Shown in pieces: positions 1-10,153 of a stretch of 19,832 nucleotides of DNA. This stretch comes from Leptospirales bacterium (lineage in GTDB: Bacteria > Spirochaetota > Leptospiria > Turneriellales > JAOUFE01): assembly GCA_040326155.1 (NCBI GenBank), contig JBEQLE010000073.1, positions 1 through 19,832 on the forward strand. The letters run 5' to 3'. The notes under the pieces were generated by a model that made no database searches, had not been told where the DNA came from, and worked only from the letters and a program-made list of their open reading frames with translations. Both the position numbers and the translations under genes were made by a program. Numbering within the stretch: the first letter of the stretch is position 1; each line of letters begins with the position of its first letter.

Positions 1-1913
1 GTAAGAGTGACATGGTTATATTCATCGTTAACATTGAATTCAGCGCCATTTATAATAATTTTTACTCCCGGAAACATTGTTTTTTCAACATGGACTTTTC
101 CGCTTGAAGCCAACATCGTCATGTATTCGGTGAGTTGCAGTATTTCAGATTCAGCTTCTTTCAGGCGTTCGGTAAGTTTTTCCTGGGCTCCGATCATTTT
201 TTGCAGCATCTCTTCTTTAGATTGTGCAAACCCTTCACCCGCAGCGCTTTTTTGTGTTGTTAAAGTTCGAATGTTTTGTTCAATTTTATCGAGTTTTTCA
301 CGGGCTTGAAGTTTAATCGTTTCAAGTTGTTGAATTTGGGCCAGAATTTTCGGGTTTGTACCCACAGTCACGAGGGTCGGGGTAGAAGCCTGAGCGCCAA
401 GTTGTTTTACTCGAACCTCTTCTCCGGCCATAATCTCTCCACCTACAATCTGGGCTCTTTTACCATTACAAATGACTTTACTTCCTGCGTGAATTTTGGA
501 GTGAAGTACGCCCTCTTGTACGATAACATCTTTTTCCACATGCAGTTCGGTATTTTGTATAAACTTGGCATAGGCACTACCGGTTGTCGATTCGATAACG
601 GCCCCGTCTCTTCCTTGAATACCTTGTCGAACAATGATATCGCCTTCAGCTTCCATGTGCGCTTTTTGAACGCTTCCGGCAACTTCAATATTACCAGCGG
701 CTTTTACTTCCATGTTATCAGATACGGAACCGCGAACCGTAACAGAACCAAGAAACATAATATTACCTGTATCGAGACCGACATCGCCGCCAATTACATA
801 ATTTTCTTCGACATTAATTCGCTGAGCAATATAGACAACCTGACCATTTTTTTCTGCTAAAACTTGTCTTCCATCTTCCGATAAAATAGTTCCTTTTCCC
901 GGTTTCATCTCGGTTGGGTGGCCATCTTTTGCGGGTAAAATTTTATTAAATATCGTTTGTCCGTTTTGCCCTTTTTCAGGTTCAATTAATTCTGCAAGTA
1001 CCTGTCCCTGAACCACATTTTCAATTAGATCTTTTGCCAGAAAGTCAATACGTCCCGATTCATCTTCTTTAAATTCAATTTTCTTTTCAATTCGAACTTT
1101 GTAATCGACAAAGCCGTCTTTTCCATTTACAACGGGGTCTCCCGTTGCGGCAACAAACGAGACTCCATATTTATCATTATCGAGCGCTTCTTCAATACCT
1201 TCATTCTGGAAACCGTAGACAACACCTGATTTTTTCAGTGCGTTTACAACATCTTTGACCATCAAGTGGCGACCGCCGGGGCGTGGGGCAGAAACAAGGA
1301 CCGTAGCCTCCATTTCATCAGGGGCAATATCGATGGTCATACTGGAGTCAGCGCCATCTCGTGGTTTAAAACTTGCGATTTTAACCGGTTCGCCTGTACT
1401 TTGTTTAATAGCTTTTTCTACTGCATGTTTATCTAATTCAAATATTCCAGCTTTATGGATATACTCAGAAGCTCGTTCCAATGATTCCGGTTGACCTTGC
1501 CCTTTTGGCGGTATAACTTTAATAAATACTCCGGTAGAGTAAATTCTAATAATACTGCGTCCATCCACATCCGGTTCGACTTCTTCCCCGAATTCGTTGA
1601 ATTTTTTTCCATTTTCTAAAGAAACGTTTAAATCTTCAAGTTCACTGGACCATTTATCCGTTAACTCTTTAGATTTTCTGATGGTTATTTTATAAGGAGT
1701 TCTAGCCATCCCAAAAAAACCCGAAGAGCCTCTTTGGTGAATTTCATATTCCAATTCGCCTATAGGAGCGAGTATAGTGTCTGATGCAATTTTTAAAGCC
1801 TCCTGCAAAGAGTCGGCGTAAATTTCCACCTCTTCAGGTATTCCATCATCAGAATTGACTAAACTCTCCATTTCAAGGGCGAGCATTGTTGTTTGTAATT
1901 GGCTTAATCCCAT
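1..1913 (-). CDS. FapA / DUF342 family flagellar assembly protein with N-terminal Jag_N-like domain; 3' end runs off the window
   Basis: Not in the ORF track; I translated both ends by hand and they share a frame. ATG at 1913 preceded by AAGGGA. N-terminus MGLSQLQ...EEVEIYADSLQEALKIAS...LEYEIHQRGSSGFFGM is Jag_N-like. C-terminus ...MFPGVKIIINGAEFNVNDEYNHVTL fits the DUF342 C-terminal region. Confidence 0.85.
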   Translation of the reverse strand, partial: MGLSQLQTTMLALEMESLVNSDDGIPEEVEIYADSLQEALKIASDTILAPIGELEYEIHQRGSSGFFGMARTPYKITIRKSKELTDKWSSELEDLNVSLENGKKFNEFGEEVEPDVDGRSIIRIYSTGVFIKVIPPKGQGQPESLERASEYIHKAGIFELDKHAVEKAIKQSTGEPVKIASFKPRDGADSSMTIDIAPDEMEATVLVSAPRPGGRHLMVKDVVNALKKSGVVYGFQNEGIEEALDNDKYGVSFVAATGDPVVNGKDGFVDYKVRIEKKIEFKEDESGRIDFLAKDLIENVVQGQVLAELIEPEKGQNGQTIFNKILPAKDGHPTEMKPGKGTILSEDGRQVLAEKNGQVVYIAQRINVEENYVIGGDVGLDTGNIMFLGSVTVRGSVSDNMEVKAAGNIEVAGSVQKAHMEAEGDIIVRQGIQGRDGAVIESTTGSAYAKFIQNTELHVEKDVIVQEGVLHSKIHAGSKVICNGKRAQIVGGEIMAGEEVRVKQLGAQASTPTLVTVGTNPKILAQIQQLETIKLQAREKLDKIEQNIRTLTTQKSAAGEGFAQSKEEMLQKMIGAQEKLTERLKEAESEILQLTEYMTMLASSGKVHVEKTMFPGVKIIINGAEFNVNDEYNHVTL

Positions 1914-2023
1914 AGTATATATTCCCTTTCAGGATTTCTATACTATAATATCGGTATTTTCAATTCATTTCTATTTTTTTTCCCCATATTTTTTTTAAAT
2001 TTGAGGAAAACTACACTTTCTAA

Positions 2024-3709
2024 TTATAATTTTATTTCAATTAAACTGTTTATATAATTTTGGTGCAAATATTCATACAGGTGAAATTGTTTGATATTCT
2101 TTATATACATCCAATACGGCATTCGTGTAAAGCTCGATTTACCCTTTTTCACAGATTCTATAATCGCTGCTACGTCGATATAGAGAAAGGATTGAATTGA
2201 CTTATAATCGATGTTTTTACCTGTTTTTTTTATGACAGGACGAGAGACGGATTTTAATACCTTCTTTCTGCCAAACGTAATAATGAATTCATCTGAGTGT
2301 AGTGACACAATTGTTTTTTTTACATCCGGTTTCGACGGTTTATTCACATCAGATTCTATTTTTTCATTACCATCACCTTCCAGCGTTTCTATGAATTCCC
2401 ATTCATCTAAATTTTTACCGTTTCGAAATACTACCGAAACATTTTCTGTATGGTTGGCTTCCTTTTCAAGTTTATGCAAATATGTTTTTATAAGTTTTCT
2501 TTTATCGGTATCAAAATTAAATGATATACTGCCTTGCCACCCTTTGTCCGGTTTTCCAGTGGAGAGATCTGGAATTCGCGAAATAAATAGAGAAATATTT
2601 GAGTGAATCCACGTTGTAAAATCAGACGAGATATTATTTACCGCATAAGGTCCGATCATTTTGTGCAAAAATTTATTAATTTCGGGACGAACAGGAAGGT
2701 CGAGTTTTTCAAGGTCGTTGAATATGGCCATCCAATTGTATTGAAATTTAGCATAGATATAGGGAGCTTGTTTCGTTCTGTCAATTCTGCTTAAATAAGG
2801 TTCTCTTTGAATAATATTTTGAATAGGCGATGGTTTTTTGCCACCAGGTTCAACGGAACTGGTTGATAAATATCGTAAACCGTTTTTTGTTAAGTGGACT
2901 ACGGAGTAAGCATCATTAGAACCGGCTCGGTATTGTTTAATGACAGTTAGGAATTTTTCCATCGGGTTTTCAGCATTGACAGGGTCCGTCTTTTCAGCTT
3001 CCGAGCGTATAAATTTTCCATTTAAAAAGATAGAAATAACAGCGCCTGGCTCTCGCAGTTTTGCCATATAGTTTGCCGATAATTTTTTATACCCCGGGTT
3101 ATTTGAAATTGGTTTTTCCGATTTAACAAGCGATTTGTTTAATAGTTCCAAATTATTTGCGACGACGATAAAACCCTCTCCCTTACCAAGGTAAGTTTTT
3201 TCACCCGGATCGATTAACGCTATTTTCCCTTTTTCAATTTCATGAACATCAAGAGAGGTTTTTATCTCTTTTTCGGCGATATGTTCCTCCCATTTTTGAT
3301 CGGAGCGAATGAGTATGTTACGGTACAAGGTGTCCGTATTATTTGACGGAAAGAGTATACTGAAGTGTGGTTCTTTTTTTTTGCTCGTATTTGTGTCGGG
3401 TTCTCGCAGTCCCAACCCGATGGGTTTTTTTATATCGAAACCGTATTTTTTCATTTCTTCGAGATCAAGAAAGTTAACACCGGTACTCGATACTACCATT
3501 TGTTGCAAAAATTTCCATTGTGCTTCAGCCGTCTCTGTGCCCAGTAATTGAAAAAAGAACTCTTTTACATGGTAATTGATTTTTTCCAACGGGGCGATTT
3601 CAACATAAACATCGACATTAGCTGCTATATGCTCTTGTGGATTAAATGGTTTTGTCGTTTGACCATAAAGAACACCCGAGATTAGTAAATACAGAATAGG
3701 TTTTTTCAT
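2024..3709 (-). CDS. Exported hypothetical protein (561 aa), signal peptide; weak DUF3352-like N-terminus
   Basis: Long ORF co-oriented with its neighbours. MKKPILYLLISGVLYG/Q is a typical Sec signal. Confidence 0.75.
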   Translation of the reverse strand: MKKPILYLLISGVLYGQTTKPFNPQEHIAANVDVYVEIAPLEKINYHVKEFFFQLLGTETAEAQWKFLQQMVVSSTGVNFLDLEEMKKYGFDIKKPIGLGLREPDTNTSKKKEPHFSILFPSNNTDTLYRNILIRSDQKWEEHIAEKEIKTSLDVHEIEKGKIALIDPGEKTYLGKGEGFIVVANNLELLNKSLVKSEKPISNNPGYKKLSANYMAKLREPGAVISIFLNGKFIRSEAEKTDPVNAENPMEKFLTVIKQYRAGSNDAYSVVHLTKNGLRYLSTSSVEPGGKKPSPIQNIIQREPYLSRIDRTKQAPYIYAKFQYNWMAIFNDLEKLDLPVRPEINKFLHKMIGPYAVNNISSDFTTWIHSNISLFISRIPDLSTGKPDKGWQGSISFNFDTDKRKLIKTYLHKLEKEANHTENVSVVFRNGKNLDEWEFIETLEGDGNEKIESDVNKPSKPDVKKTIVSLHSDEFIITFGRKKVLKSVSRPVIKKTGKNIDYKSIQSFLYIDVAAIIESVKKGKSSFTRMPYWMYIKNIKQFHLYEYLHQNYINSLIEIKL

Positions 3710-3755
3710 AAGCTTAACTCAAAATAAAATATTAAATTGAAATGGCAATCTTTTT

Positions 3756-4397
3756 TTATGAATTGATTTCAATAAGACAGTGTTTTCCATAATGGTGAAA
3801 GTCAACAGGAATTTCACTTAACACAGGGTTTGCTTTTAAAAAATGTTCAATACGGGAACTTTTGAGCGGTGTTTGAACCATTAGAGTTTTTTGTAGAAAA
3901 GGCGTTTTTATGTCATTGAATATGTGCAATAGTTTTACAGCGCTCTCAAAATTATTTTCATTTTCTTGATAAGGAGGGTCGGCATATACCAGCAGAGTCT
4001 CCGGTATTTCATCTGCTTTGTCGAATACTTCTTCGGGATTTTTTAATACTTTGCCAAACAAACGTATAACATCTTTTTTAAAAAAATAAGCACCCGCTTC
4101 AGGGTCATTCTGGTCTACCCATTGGCGTATGTCCTTTAAACGTCTAGAGTTGATTTCAGCAAAACCTACCTGCGGACAGCCTCGGCTGATGGCTTCAAAA
4201 CCCATTTGACCACTGCCGGCATACAGGTCTAAGAACAGGGATTCGTCAAAATTGCATCTGTTTTCAAATATCTGGAAAGCCGCCTCTTTTACCTTTTGCG
4301 AAGTTATATTCTCGTGCCCGCGTATGGCAATGGGTTTGGCTATCGCTTTTTTGCGAAACTTCCCGCGAATTATATAAGATTGAAATTTTACGGACAT
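3756..4397 (-). CDS. rsmD: 16S rRNA (guanine966-N2)-methyltransferase RsmD family
   Basis: IIRGKFRKK...KVKEAAFQI, SAM motif FLDLYAGSGQMGFEAISRG and DPPY motif. Start moved to ATG 4397 (MSVKFQ), immediately after the upstream stop at 4400. Confidence 0.88.
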   Translation of the reverse strand: MSVKFQSYIIRGKFRKKAIAKPIAIRGHENITSQKVKEAAFQIFENRCNFDESLFLDLYAGSGQMGFEAISRGCPQVGFAEINSRRLKDIRQWVDQNDPEAGAYFFKKDVIRLFGKVLKNPEEVFDKADEIPETLLVYADPPYQENENNFESAVKLLHIFNDIKTPFLQKTLMVQTPLKSSRIEHFLKANPVLSEIPVDFHHYGKHCLIEINS

Positions 4398-4399
4398 TC

Positions 4400-5968
4400 T
4401 TAAGAGGAACGAGCAGAGCCCAGGCCATATTTTTTTATTTTTTGATAGAGGGTTTTGCGGGCAATTCCAAGCACTCGTGCACATTCAGAAATATTCTGGT
4501 GGTGTTTTTGCAACAGGCTTTGAATATACTCTCTTTCAAGTTCATCAAGCGAGTACTCTTTTTTTCCCATTAAAGAATTTATTGAGGAGTCCGTGGTGAA
4601 CAAACCATTTGTATAGGAGTCTTGTTTTTTAGTTTCTTCTCGTATGAAGGAAGAATTTGTAAATGTGATTGTCGCGTCGGTAGAAGGTGTTTGAATTTGG
4701 GAACTTTCGTTGTTTTCTGCAAGATCAAGCAGGGTAAGGTCTACTTTTTCATTACACAAAGCGAAAAGCTGGTTTAAAAAAGTATAAAAAGACTCTATTC
4801 CTTCCACCCATCGTCTTTTCATCAATACTTTTTTCACTTCGGTATCGACAGAGATTTTTTTTCCGTAGTGTAATTCGTATTTCTTTGCGTACATATCAAT
4901 CAGCTCAGGAATATCTGATTTTCTTTGTGTAATTTGCGGCACTTCAATTTTGTGAACGGCTAAATGCGAAATAAAGTCCTGGCGTAAAACCCCGCGATCT
5001 ATGGATTTTTCAAGGTCAAAGGGGGTATATACGATTATTCGGCACCGTACATTTATTTTTTGTTCTTGTTTATAAAAATGACCTTCTCGTATGGTACGAA
5101 GCAGTCGGGCTTGAAGATTCCAGTCCAGGTTTTCTATGTTTGGCAGGTATAAAACGCCTTTTTTGGTTCTTTCGAGCAACCCTTCGGCCAGCGGACTGAA
5201 ACCGGGCAGTGTAGTTTCATTTTTTCCAAAAAGCATAAACTCTTGCAAATGGACCGGAACCTCCGTAAAATCACCCACCAACAAGGGATGTTTTTTAACC
5301 GCCTTGCTTCGAGAGTAGATATATTTGACCACAGACATCGATTCAGATTTATCTTTCCCGGTCAACAGAATCGGGACCTGGTGAGGGGGTAATCCCTTTA
5401 AATCGCGGCGTAACCGGAGCGCTTCTTCAGATTCTCCGATTGTAAAGGAGAAAGTAGAACCGAGGCTTGTTTCTCCCATGTCCGGGCGTTCCGTTTTATC
5501 TTCTCGTGAGATCGTCAGCTCTGTTTCAGTCGCTTCTAACTGTTTTTTTATGAGTGTATAGTTCTGTTTATATTGCAGCATCTGGCTGAATTTTTTTAAA
5601 GATAGCGATATCGCACCGATTATTTCTTCAGAATTGTTTCCTGTCAGAAAATGTACCGATTCCACCTGAGGATGTTCCAACATAGACATCAACTGCTTGT
5701 CCTGAGTTGTGCTGGGGCCGGCTAAAAAGATAAGAGCCACCTTGCTATGATCTTGTGAATTCAGTGTTTTAACTTTATGGATGATATTTTCAATTTTTCC
5801 GTGGATATGCGTAAGGTCGATGACCAGTAATTCGTGGGAGAGTTTAAGCAGGTTGCGAAAACCTTCTTTAAGGGTGGAAGATGAGAATAAGTCCAGATCT
5901 CCTTTCAACTTTCGCTTTAATTTCCTGCGAAATTCCGCGTCATTGCTAATTAACTGAACCGTAACCAT
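4400..5968 (-). CDS. NtrC/Fis-family regulator: receiver-like N-terminus, degenerate sigma54-activator AAA+ domain, intact Fis HTH
   Basis: PILLTG, LQEFMLFG, LQARLLRTIREG, SLDELEREYIQSLL and HTH NISECARVLGIARKTLYQKIKKY. ATG at 5968 (TTG at 5971 is an alternative). Confidence 0.85.
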   Translation of the reverse strand: MVTVQLISNDAEFRRKLKRKLKGDLDLFSSSTLKEGFRNLLKLSHELLVIDLTHIHGKIENIIHKVKTLNSQDHSKVALIFLAGPSTTQDKQLMSMLEHPQVESVHFLTGNNSEEIIGAISLSLKKFSQMLQYKQNYTLIKKQLEATETELTISREDKTERPDMGETSLGSTFSFTIGESEEALRLRRDLKGLPPHQVPILLTGKDKSESMSVVKYIYSRSKAVKKHPLLVGDFTEVPVHLQEFMLFGKNETTLPGFSPLAEGLLERTKKGVLYLPNIENLDWNLQARLLRTIREGHFYKQEQKINVRCRIIVYTPFDLEKSIDRGVLRQDFISHLAVHKIEVPQITQRKSDIPELIDMYAKKYELHYGKKISVDTEVKKVLMKRRWVEGIESFYTFLNQLFALCNEKVDLTLLDLAENNESSQIQTPSTDATITFTNSSFIREETKKQDSYTNGLFTTDSSINSLMGKKEYSLDELEREYIQSLLQKHHQNISECARVLGIARKTLYQKIKKYGLGSARSS

Positions 5969-6298
5969 CAAGCTAAATACGAAAGCCTGCTAGCATATGT
6001 CAAGAGGTCTTTTTATCAGCTGGTATTTTATGTCAATTATTGTCTTGTCGTCTAAAGTATTTTCAGGGGAAGGCTTCAATGAGACGTAATCCTCTCAGCC
6101 GTCCCAAAAGAACCGAATTTTATTAAATGAATTGAGACTCTACGTTCCATTCTGCGGGCTGCAAAGATTTTCAACAAGAAATTATAAAAAAATAGTTCAC
6201 TTATGATCTACTGTTATTCCATTCATTTTTTTCTTTGTCGGGTAACTTTAGGGGTTCAAGCAAAATGATTCACCATGGTATTAGAAGGTATAATTTGT

Positions 6299-7234
6299 TT
6301 AGTGCGGTTTATGCTCTTTTTTCATACTATGCGATATACCCATTGCGTTCATTTTCAGATCAAATTCAAGTATCCTCTTTTCATTCTCTTTTAACTGAAT
6401 TTGTCTTTTTTCTATTTGTTTATAGATAAAACATGAAAACCGTTGGCGGACATGCTCGAAATAGTCATCTGGAGAAAGTGAACGGCCTTCAGCAATTATT
6501 TTTTCAATTTCATTGAGTGCTAAATTCAGCTGGTCGGCTCCGTCTTGTATGTTACCCCATGGGCCATAATGGGTCAGCATGGCTTTCTTTGCGCCGGTAT
6601 TTTGAATTTTTTGAATTGAAGTTCTCATTTTTTCGGGGTAAAACTCGGTTGGAGTTGTTGCGGGTATTATAAAAGGGTTTTCCGGTACTTGTAAAAAAGG
6701 ATAAGCTACGCCAAAAGCGTCACCGGTAAAAACCGTTTTTGTTTCAGGCTCATAAATCGATAGATGGTGGCTTGCATGACCCTCCGTATAAATAATATCA
6801 AAAGTCAGGTCTTTAATCGCAAAAGGCTCTTCTTGTAAACGGTGTATACGATGTTTCTCCAGAGGTTCAATGTCGCCATACAGGGCCTGGTAGTCGCGTT
6901 CCCCGTATACCGATTTTACAGCAGCAACAAGTCTGGATGGATGGCTCAGGTGATGAGCGCATCTGGGGTGACACAATAAAGTTGCATTCTTACAATATTT
7001 TAATAATTCGGCTGCGCCTCCTGCATGGTCAAGATGCACATGGGTAATGATAATGATGTCTACTGATTCCGGGGCAATATTTTCTTCTGCAAGCGAGTCG
7101 AGAATGTAGGGAACCGAATTGCGAGTTCCGGTTTCAATAATGGCAACGGACTTTTCTGTTTTCACGATCCATGCGGCGCACAAACGAGGTTCAATATAAT
7201 GGCAATCGATCTGTTTAATTTTTACATGCGGCAT
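6299..7234 (-). CDS. MBL-fold metallo-hydrolase
   Basis: THVHLDHAGG (HxHxDH), GHASHH, FTGD and LTHYG metal-ligand motifs. Confidence 0.92.
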   Translation of the reverse strand: MPHVKIKQIDCHYIEPRLCAAWIVKTEKSVAIIETGTRNSVPYILDSLAEENIAPESVDIIIITHVHLDHAGGAAELLKYCKNATLLCHPRCAHHLSHPSRLVAAVKSVYGERDYQALYGDIEPLEKHRIHRLQEEPFAIKDLTFDIIYTEGHASHHLSIYEPETKTVFTGDAFGVAYPFLQVPENPFIIPATTPTEFYPEKMRTSIQKIQNTGAKKAMLTHYGPWGNIQDGADQLNLALNEIEKIIAEGRSLSPDDYFEHVRQRFSCFIYKQIEKRQIQLKENEKRILEFDLKMNAMGISHSMKKEHKPH

Positions 7235-7482
7235 GCAGACCTTCAGGGTTTATATTGAATTATTTAATATAACAGCAAGCATATATTAAAAGCGAATCAT
7301 CTTTTTAGAAGACCTTGTCTTGTATCGGTCTAAAAGATGAAAAATAGCATTAAATGGATTGACAATCAAAGTGTGTATTATACTGTTCGAATCGGTAATA
7401 ATTTAACGAAGCTAATGTTAACCGGCCCTTATAAAATAGTATAAAAACAAAAAAAGAAAACAAAAGGTATGAAACCAAGACT

Positions 7483-8466
7483 ATGATTTCACCACGCAAG
7501 CAGATTATTGAACTTATTGAGAAAGGAACCATTCAGGTCGAGAATATTAACGAGGCGTTGAAACTCACTAAAGTTGCGCCCGATGCCATAGCCTGGAAAA
7601 AGTTTATGGACCACCTTTTACTTTGGCTGGGAGGCATGGCCTTGTCTTTTTCTGCGATGTTTTTTGTCGCGTACAACTGGAGCGATCTGGGGCGTTTTGC
7701 CAAATTCGGTATGGCCGAAGCTTTACTTGCACTGGCTATTTTTGCGTACTGGAAATTCGGTGAAAACAAGGTCGTAGGCAAAGTGAGTCTGCTTAGCGCT
7801 ACAATACTTCTCGGGGTTTTACTTGCTCTTGTCGGACAAACTTACCAGACCGGCGCCGACCCTTGGCAACTGTTTTTTTACTGGGCTTTATTCATGTTAC
7901 CCTGGGCTGTTCTTGGACGTTTTGCGGCAATCTGGCTTGTCTGGTTAGCCCTTCTTGTCGTTTCTATTTTATTATATCAGGATGATTTAAGAGGTAGGTT
8001 CTGGGGTTCGGTAAATCCTGAAACGGTAGCCAATATGTTGATTTTCTTCTTAATTACTACTACCCTTGCTATCTGGGAGTACTTATCTCCCAGGTTGGTC
8101 TGGTTATCGGAACGCTGGGCCATACGTTTGTTGGCGGCAACCAGCGGTTTTACCATAACATGGTTGGCAATGGAATCTATTTTTGACGGTAAAGGAGCTT
8201 TTGCAATTATTACCATACTCATCTGGATTGTCTGGTTGTTTGCCCTTATAGTTTTTTATTTGAAAATAAAACCCGATCTGTTTATGCTGACTGGCGGCTG
8301 CCTATCCGCTATAGTCGTATTGACCAGTTTCTTTGGCAATCTTATGTTGAGTGACTGGAGCGCGGGTGGTTGGTTGTTTCTTGCTTTGTTGGTCATTGGT
8401 ATGGGTGCGGGCGCCGCTTTTTGGCTGAAAAATGTACATAGGAAGTGGGCACATGAGTCAAACTAA
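7483..8466 (+). CDS. DUF2157 family membrane protein
   Basis: FFVAYNW and ALVGQTYQTGADPWQLFFYW signatures, multiple TM helices. Confidence 0.88.
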   Translation: MISPRKQIIELIEKGTIQVENINEALKLTKVAPDAIAWKKFMDHLLLWLGGMALSFSAMFFVAYNWSDLGRFAKFGMAEALLALAIFAYWKFGENKVVGKVSLLSATILLGVLLALVGQTYQTGADPWQLFFYWALFMLPWAVLGRFAAIWLVWLALLVVSILLYQDDLRGRFWGSVNPETVANMLIFFLITTTLAIWEYLSPRLVWLSERWAIRLLAATSGFTITWLAMESIFDGKGAFAIITILIWIVWLFALIVFYLKIKPDLFMLTGGCLSAIVVLTSFFGNLMLSDWSAGGWLFLALLVIGMGAGAAFWLKNVHRKWAHESN

Positions 8467-9517
8467 CGAACTGTTCTGGAAGAACTTAGAAGCGGCCGGT
8501 CTTGTGGAAGGGACCATTCCTGAAGCCGAAGCACCAGATTCACCGTGGTTTGTAAAAGTATTATTGGGTTTTTCCGCCTGGCTTGGCGCACTTTTTTTAT
8601 TTGGTTTTATGGCATTAGGTTTTTGGGATATTATAGATAACAGCGTTGCCGCATTTATTCTCGGGGCGGTGATGATCGGTATCGCTTTTACTGTGTTGTT
8701 TAATTCTAAGAATGTATTCTTAGAGCATTTTTCTCTGGCAATAAGTTTAGCCGGTCAATGTTTAATTGCAGTGTCGTTTATGGATATGGGAGAAACAAAC
8801 ATCTGGCTGTTGCTGGCCTTGTTTCAAGTTCCCCTTGCTATCTTTATGCCGAATTTTATTCACAAGGTATTGTCATCTTATTTTGCCGCTTTTTCGGTCT
8901 CCATGGCTCTAAATTCAAGCGGTGAGCCGTATATTATCAGTGGTATTCTTATGGCGGTTGTCGCTTATTTCTGGCTTAACGAATTTCGCTACCCAAAACA
9001 GATGAGTAAAATGAGGGCGATGGGCTATGGCTTCACGCTGGCTCTGGTACACGTTAAGAGTTTTGAACCTTATAGTGCAGGAGGTGTGACTGGTCTGTTT
9101 TCTAATAAGCAGTTTGAGTTGTGGTTTGCGCCCTGGATGGGTGAAATTATTGCCGGCGGGGTTTTGCTCTATGTTGTATGGCAATTATTGCGCCGTAATA
9201 ACCTGTCTATATCTGAACCTATAACCGTTATGGTGCTACTTGGCACTTTATTTTTTTGCTCTGTGTCCATTGTGGTGTTTGGTATTTCTGCGGCCACTTT
9301 AATTATATTGCTGGGTTTTGCCAGCAGCAATCGTGTATTATTGGGGCTTGGTATTATTTCTTTACTCTATTTTATATCAATTTATTATTATACGCTTACT
9401 TCAACCTTGATGGAGAAATCACTTTATTTGCTTGTCTTGGGCCTTTTATTAATTTTTATGCGTTGGTTAATGTTGCGTGTGGTCGGCGCTTCGAAGGAGT
9501 CAGAAAATGTCCAGTAA
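8453..9517 (+). CDS. DUF4401 family membrane protein
   Basis: SPWFVKVLLGFSAWL, LAGQ, YYYTLTSTLMEKS. Sits between DUF2157 and GDYXXLXY genes, the usual arrangement. Start taken at ATG 8453. Confidence 0.85.
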   Translation: MSQTNELFWKNLEAAGLVEGTIPEAEAPDSPWFVKVLLGFSAWLGALFLFGFMALGFWDIIDNSVAAFILGAVMIGIAFTVLFNSKNVFLEHFSLAISLAGQCLIAVSFMDMGETNIWLLLALFQVPLAIFMPNFIHKVLSSYFAAFSVSMALNSSGEPYIISGILMAVVAYFWLNEFRYPKQMSKMRAMGYGFTLALVHVKSFEPYSAGGVTGLFSNKQFELWFAPWMGEIIAGGVLLYVVWQLLRRNNLSISEPITVMVLLGTLFFCSVSIVVFGISAATLIILLGFASSNRVLLGLGIISLLYFISIYYYTLTSTLMEKSLYLLVLGLLLIFMRWLMLRVVGASKESENVQ

Positions 9518-10034
9518 AATAGCAGCGGGTGTTTTGGTTCTGGTTTTAGCTCTGTTAAACTGGACTATTTACAAGAAGGAAAAACACCTCGCCGAAGGTA
9601 GGGTTGTTTATCTGAATCTGGCCCCTGTGGACCCACGTTCTTTAATGCAAGGTGACTATATGGCCTTAAATTTCCGTATGGGCCAGGAAGTACGAAGCGC
9701 TTTGCGAAAAAAAGAGGGAGAGCAGTCTACGCAAATGGCTATATTTCCTTCGGGCGGTTATGTTATAGCAAATCTCGATCAACGTGATATTGCAACTTTT
9801 AAAGGTATTTATGCCGACCAGAAATTGACAAAGAATGAAATTAAACTGCGTTATCGAATGCGTCATGGTTCGGTAAAGTTTGCAACAAATGCTTTTTTCT
9901 TTCAAGAGGGTCATGGAGAATATTATGAACGAGCTCGTTATGGTCAATTTCGCGTTGACGATAGCGGCGAACTGTTACTGGTGGCAATGTATGATGAAGA
10001 ACTGAAAAAACTGGGTCCGAAAGATGGCGAATAA
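9507..10034 (+). CDS. GDYXXLXY domain membrane-anchored protein
   Basis: LAPVDPRSLMQGDYMALNF and FFFQEG motifs. AAGGAG RBS before ATG 9507. Confidence 0.9.
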   Translation: MSSKIAAGVLVLVLALLNWTIYKKEKHLAEGRVVYLNLAPVDPRSLMQGDYMALNFRMGQEVRSALRKKEGEQSTQMAIFPSGGYVIANLDQRDIATFKGIYADQKLTKNEIKLRYRMRHGSVKFATNAFFFQEGHGEYYERARYGQFRVDDSGELLLVAMYDEELKKLGPKDGE

Positions 10035-10153
10035 ACCCCATCCGACGCTCGTTCACGGTTTTATTATAATCGTGCATTCGAGTTCTTTTTTTTACTTTAT
10101 AAACTATCGTCTTCTTAGACCCTGTCCTTTGTAAAAAAAATGGGACCTGAATT

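Noticed and set aside
7..1494. ORF-track entries 7..309, 276..860, 443..688 and 1255..1494
   Set aside because: Antisense or off-frame shadows of the FapA gene on the minus strand.
7359..7384. sigma70 promoter TTGACA...TATACT for the DUF2157 operon
   Set aside because: The spacer is only 14 bp, so it cannot be supported without TSS data.
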